Shown: positions 55,528 through 56,672 of the stretch, in pieces
How positions within the stretch are numbered: the stretch's first letter is position 1
How the letters are laid out: the number at the start of each line of letters is the position of its first letter
From: Patescibacteria group bacterium
GTDB lineage: Bacteria; Patescibacteriota; Minisyncoccia; Minisyncoccales; CG1-02-41-26
Assembly (NCBI GenBank): GCA_023474835.1
Contig: JAMCXQ010000005.1
Coordinates: 1-56,672 of the forward strand
DNA: 56,672 nucleotides
Reading direction: 5' to 3'
Translations under genes and position numbers: made by a program
Notes under the pieces: model-generated
What the model was told of the DNA's origin: nothing
Databases searched by the model: none
Seen by the model: the letters and a program-made list of their open reading frames with translations, nothing else

Positions 55528-56493
55528 ATGGAGTCAACGCAAATTTTGAAAAAACGGCTGAAAACCGTGGCCAATATCTGCCATATAACCAAAGCAATGG
55601 AACTGGTGGCGGCCACCAAAATGCGCAAATCGCAGGAAATTGCCATAAATTCCAGGCCTTACAGCTTAACCGCCCTTGATTTGCTGGCGAATTTATCGCG
55701 CCAGCAAATACCAGAAGAAAAAATGCCGCTGATTTTGGAAAAAAGGCCTGTTAAAAAAACCCTTCTGGTCCTCTCCGGGTCGGACAAGGGGCTGGTCGGC
55801 TCGTTTAACAGCAATGTTTTCAGAACTTTTGAGAATTATTTGAAAGAAAATAAAATCGACTTAAAAAGTAACGATTATTTGTGCCTGGCTGTTGGCGAAA
55901 AATCCTTCAATTTTCTGCAAAAAAAATCGGCAAATATCATCGATAAATTCACGAGAACGGGCGATTTCGTTTCAATAGAACAAACCCGGCCAATCGCCGA
56001 TTTTCTGATTGAAGGATTTTTACAAAAGCGGTTTGACGAAGCTGTTCTGTTTTCAATGAATTTCCAGTCGGCTTTTTACCAAAAACCGATAGCCCAGAAG
56101 ATTTTTCCGGTTGATTTTGAAAACATCAAAAAAACTTTCAGGGATATCATTCCCCAAAGCGGCAGGTTTGCCGATTTGCTCAAAGAAAAAAATATTTCTT
56201 CGGGTGGTGAGTACGGTCGAACCATTTTGGCAGACGATTCTTCAATTTATGATTTTGAGCCGTCTTTGGAAAAAACAATTGATGAATTGACGCGCCATTT
56301 GATAAAAATGCACGTTTATCATTTGATTTTGGAGGCAAACGCGTCGGAACACTCTTCCAAAAGAATGGCAATGAAAAACGCTTTTGACAACGGCAAAGAG
56401 CTTTCCGACAAGCTCGTTATTTCGTACAATAAATCGCGCCAGGCCGCCATTACCAACGAGTTGATAGAAATCAACGGCGCCAGCCAATTATGA
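55528..56493 (+). CDS. atpG: ATP synthase subunit gamma
   Basis: ITKAMELVAATK, DKGLVG, ASEH..RMAM, RQAAITNELIEI. Confidence 0.97.
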   Translation: MESTQILKKRLKTVANICHITKAMELVAATKMRKSQEIAINSRPYSLTALDLLANLSRQQIPEEKMPLILEKRPVKKTLLVLSGSDKGLVGSFNSNVFRTFENYLKENKIDLKSNDYLCLAVGEKSFNFLQKKSANIIDKFTRTGDFVSIEQTRPIADFLIEGFLQKRFDEAVLFSMNFQSAFYQKPIAQKIFPVDFENIKKTFRDIIPQSGRFADLLKEKNISSGGEYGRTILADDSSIYDFEPSLEKTIDELTRHLIKMHVYHLILEANASEHSSKRMAMKNAFDNGKELSDKLVISYNKSRQAAITNELIEINGASQL

Positions 56494-56520
56494 GCCGGCG
56501 AATTTAACCATTATATTTTT

Positions 56521-56672
56521 ATGCAAGGAAAAATCACGCAAATTATCGGCCCGGTTGTTGATGTGGAATTTCCCGAGGGCGAACAGCTGCCTGAAATTTT
56601 TACGGCTTTGAAAGCGGATAACCAGGGCAAAGTTTTAATTTTGGAAGTGATTGAGCCTTTGTTGGTCGAAGC
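56521..56672 (+). CDS. atpD: ATP synthase subunit beta, 3'-partial
   Basis: [30 protein letters not shown]. Confidence 0.92.
   Translation, partial: MQGKITQIIGPVVDVEFPEGEQLPEIFTALKADNQGKVLILEVIEPLLVE

Noticed and set aside
1..56672. Stop-codon reassignment (code 25)
   Set aside because: Conserved genes are full length under code 11, and several (ftsI, rarA, atpG) end properly at TGA

Overview
A 56.7-kb bacterial chromosomal segment, inferred to be Patescibacteria/CPR (Parcubacteria-like) from its compact gene set, AT-rich leaders, Cys-rich surface proteins with a sortase, and tRNAs without encoded CCA. The standard genetic code fits. Core genes: mraZ-rsmH-ftsL-ftsI, rmuC, rplU, recR, dnaB (499-aa intein), cysS, dnaX, rarA, a P1B-ATPase and atpBEFHAGD (atpD cut by the window end). 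tRNA-Glu(CTC) and tRNA-Gln(TTG) are each preceded by a duplicate of their own 5' end (up to the D-loop GG) plus the same covarying two-hairpin element. This may be an undescribed tRNA-D-loop-associated repeat or mobile element, and a GIY-YIG remnant lies beside it. After tRNA-Gln is a defence/accessory island: an EcoRI-type MTase and a DUF262-HNH nuclease bracket a Thoeris-like TIR-TM-TIR cassette lacking ThsA, an orphan MazF/PemK with a predicted convergent antisense sRNA, and a MITE. Further accessory genes include a TspO fusion, a 1517-aa heparinase-like surface protein, a zinc-ribbon/membrane cluster, a PyrD-PyrK fusion flanked by 44-bp repeats, a RelE-type TA pair and several pseudogenes. 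All calls come from motif recognition by eye; no database searches were run.
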